Shown: piece after piece, positions 63,284-64,000 of the stretch
Position numbering within the stretch: position 1 is the first letter of the stretch
Layout: the number at the start of each line of letters is the position of its first letter
Origin: an uncultured Pelagibacteraceae bacterium
GTDB lineage: Bacteria > Pseudomonadota > Alphaproteobacteria > Pelagibacterales > Pelagibacteraceae
Length of the DNA stretch: 64,000 nucleotides
Assembly (NCBI GenBank): GCA_902624495.1
Contig: CACNYH010000002.1
Span: 8,349 to 72,348, forward strand
Direction: 5' to 3'
The notes under the pieces: generated by a model
The model's input: only the letters and a program-made list of their open reading frames with translations
Told to the model about the DNA's origin: nothing
The model's database searches: none
Translations under genes and position numbers: made by a program

Positions 63284-64000
63284 TGAACTCTTGCATTTAC
63301 AATGGTGAAGTAACTCATACAAGATTTAAACCTGTAAGACATTTCTTAAAATATAAAACTTTCTCATTATTAGTTGATTTAGATGAAATCAATCAATTAG
63401 ACAGAACAATAAACATTTTCTCTCATAATAAGTTTAACATTTTTAGCTTTTATGACAAAGATCATGGAGAACGTGACGGAAGTAATCTAAAAGAGTGGGT
63501 TCTTAAAAATATTAGTAATTTTAATATAAAAGAAAAAATTAATAAAGTTAAAATACTTTGTTATCCAAGAATTTTTGGCTATGTGTTCAATCCTTTAAGT
63601 ATTTTTTATTGCTACGAGGATAATAAATTAAAGGTGATTTTTTACGAAGTAAAAAATACTTTTAATGAGCAGCATACATATATTTTTAAGATTAAAGAGA
63701 GTGAGGAAATAGTTCAAAAATGTAAAAAAAAGTTTTACGTATCACCATTTATGGATATGGAAACTTACTATAATTTTAAATTACTCAATCCTAACGATAA
63801 ACTTTCAGTCTTTATAAAACAAACAGACCCTATAGGAACAGTTTTAACAGCCACCCAAACAGGAGAGAGAAAAGAATTCAGTTCAAAACAACTTATAGTT
63901 AACTTTTTTAAGTATCCTCTAATGACAATTAAAATTATTAGTTCGATACATTTTGAAGCATTACTTTTATGGAAAAAAGGGGCAGTATACAGAAAAAGGA
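63283..64000 (+). CDS. DUF1365 family protein (truncated by window end)
   Basis: MNSCIYNGEVTHTRFKP...FGYVFNPLSIFYC...EVKNTFNEQH...KKFYVSPFM...IHFEA. Confidence 0.9.
   Translation, partial: MNSCIYNGEVTHTRFKPVRHFLKYKTFSLLVDLDEINQLDRTINIFSHNKFNIFSFYDKDHGERDGSNLKEWVLKNISNFNIKEKINKVKILCYPRIFGYVFNPLSIFYCYEDNKLKVIFYEVKNTFNEQHTYIFKIKESEEIVQKCKKKFYVSPFMDMETYYNFKLLNPNDKLSVFIKQTDPIGTVLTATQTGERKEFSSKQLIVNFFKYPLMTIKIISSIHFEALLLWKKGAVYRKR

Overview
AT-rich (roughly 30% GC by eye), very densely packed alphaproteobacterial chromosome segment. Gene content, codon usage and riboswitch types point to SAR11 / Ca. Pelagibacter. Left to right: hflK(partial)-hflC-DUF2065-degP-miaA; ilvB-ilvH-ilvC, leuA; the mreBCD-mrdA-rodA elongasome genes followed by a bactofilin; a DadA-like oxidoreductase/DMT/2-hydroxyacid dehydrogenase unit; two paralogous unknown lipoproteins; a sulfur/redox block (metY, gshB, gshA, a RimK-like ATP-grasp ligase, cysE, two msrB, ccdA, grxC); two branched-chain-amino-acid-type ABC systems; azlCD; glaH/csiD with a tripartite tricarboxylate transporter; a beta-barrel OMP; a cytochrome b561/c' pair; acnA-prpD; and a tandem glycine riboswitch ahead of gcvTHP, ending in an FAD oxidoreductase and DUF1365. 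I found no rRNA, tRNA, CRISPR or mobile elements. The most notable signal is the metY leader (minus strand): promoter, SAM-II aptamer with a terminator/antiterminator, then a SAM-V aptamer whose Shine-Dalgarno serves two chained, overlapping mini-ORFs embedded in a mutually exclusive three-segment hairpin rather than metY directly. Also notable are an 18-codon hydrophobic micro-ORF abutting glaH and a shared leader motif on all three solute-binding-protein genes. All calls come from reading the sequence and recalling family motifs; no searches or folding were run.
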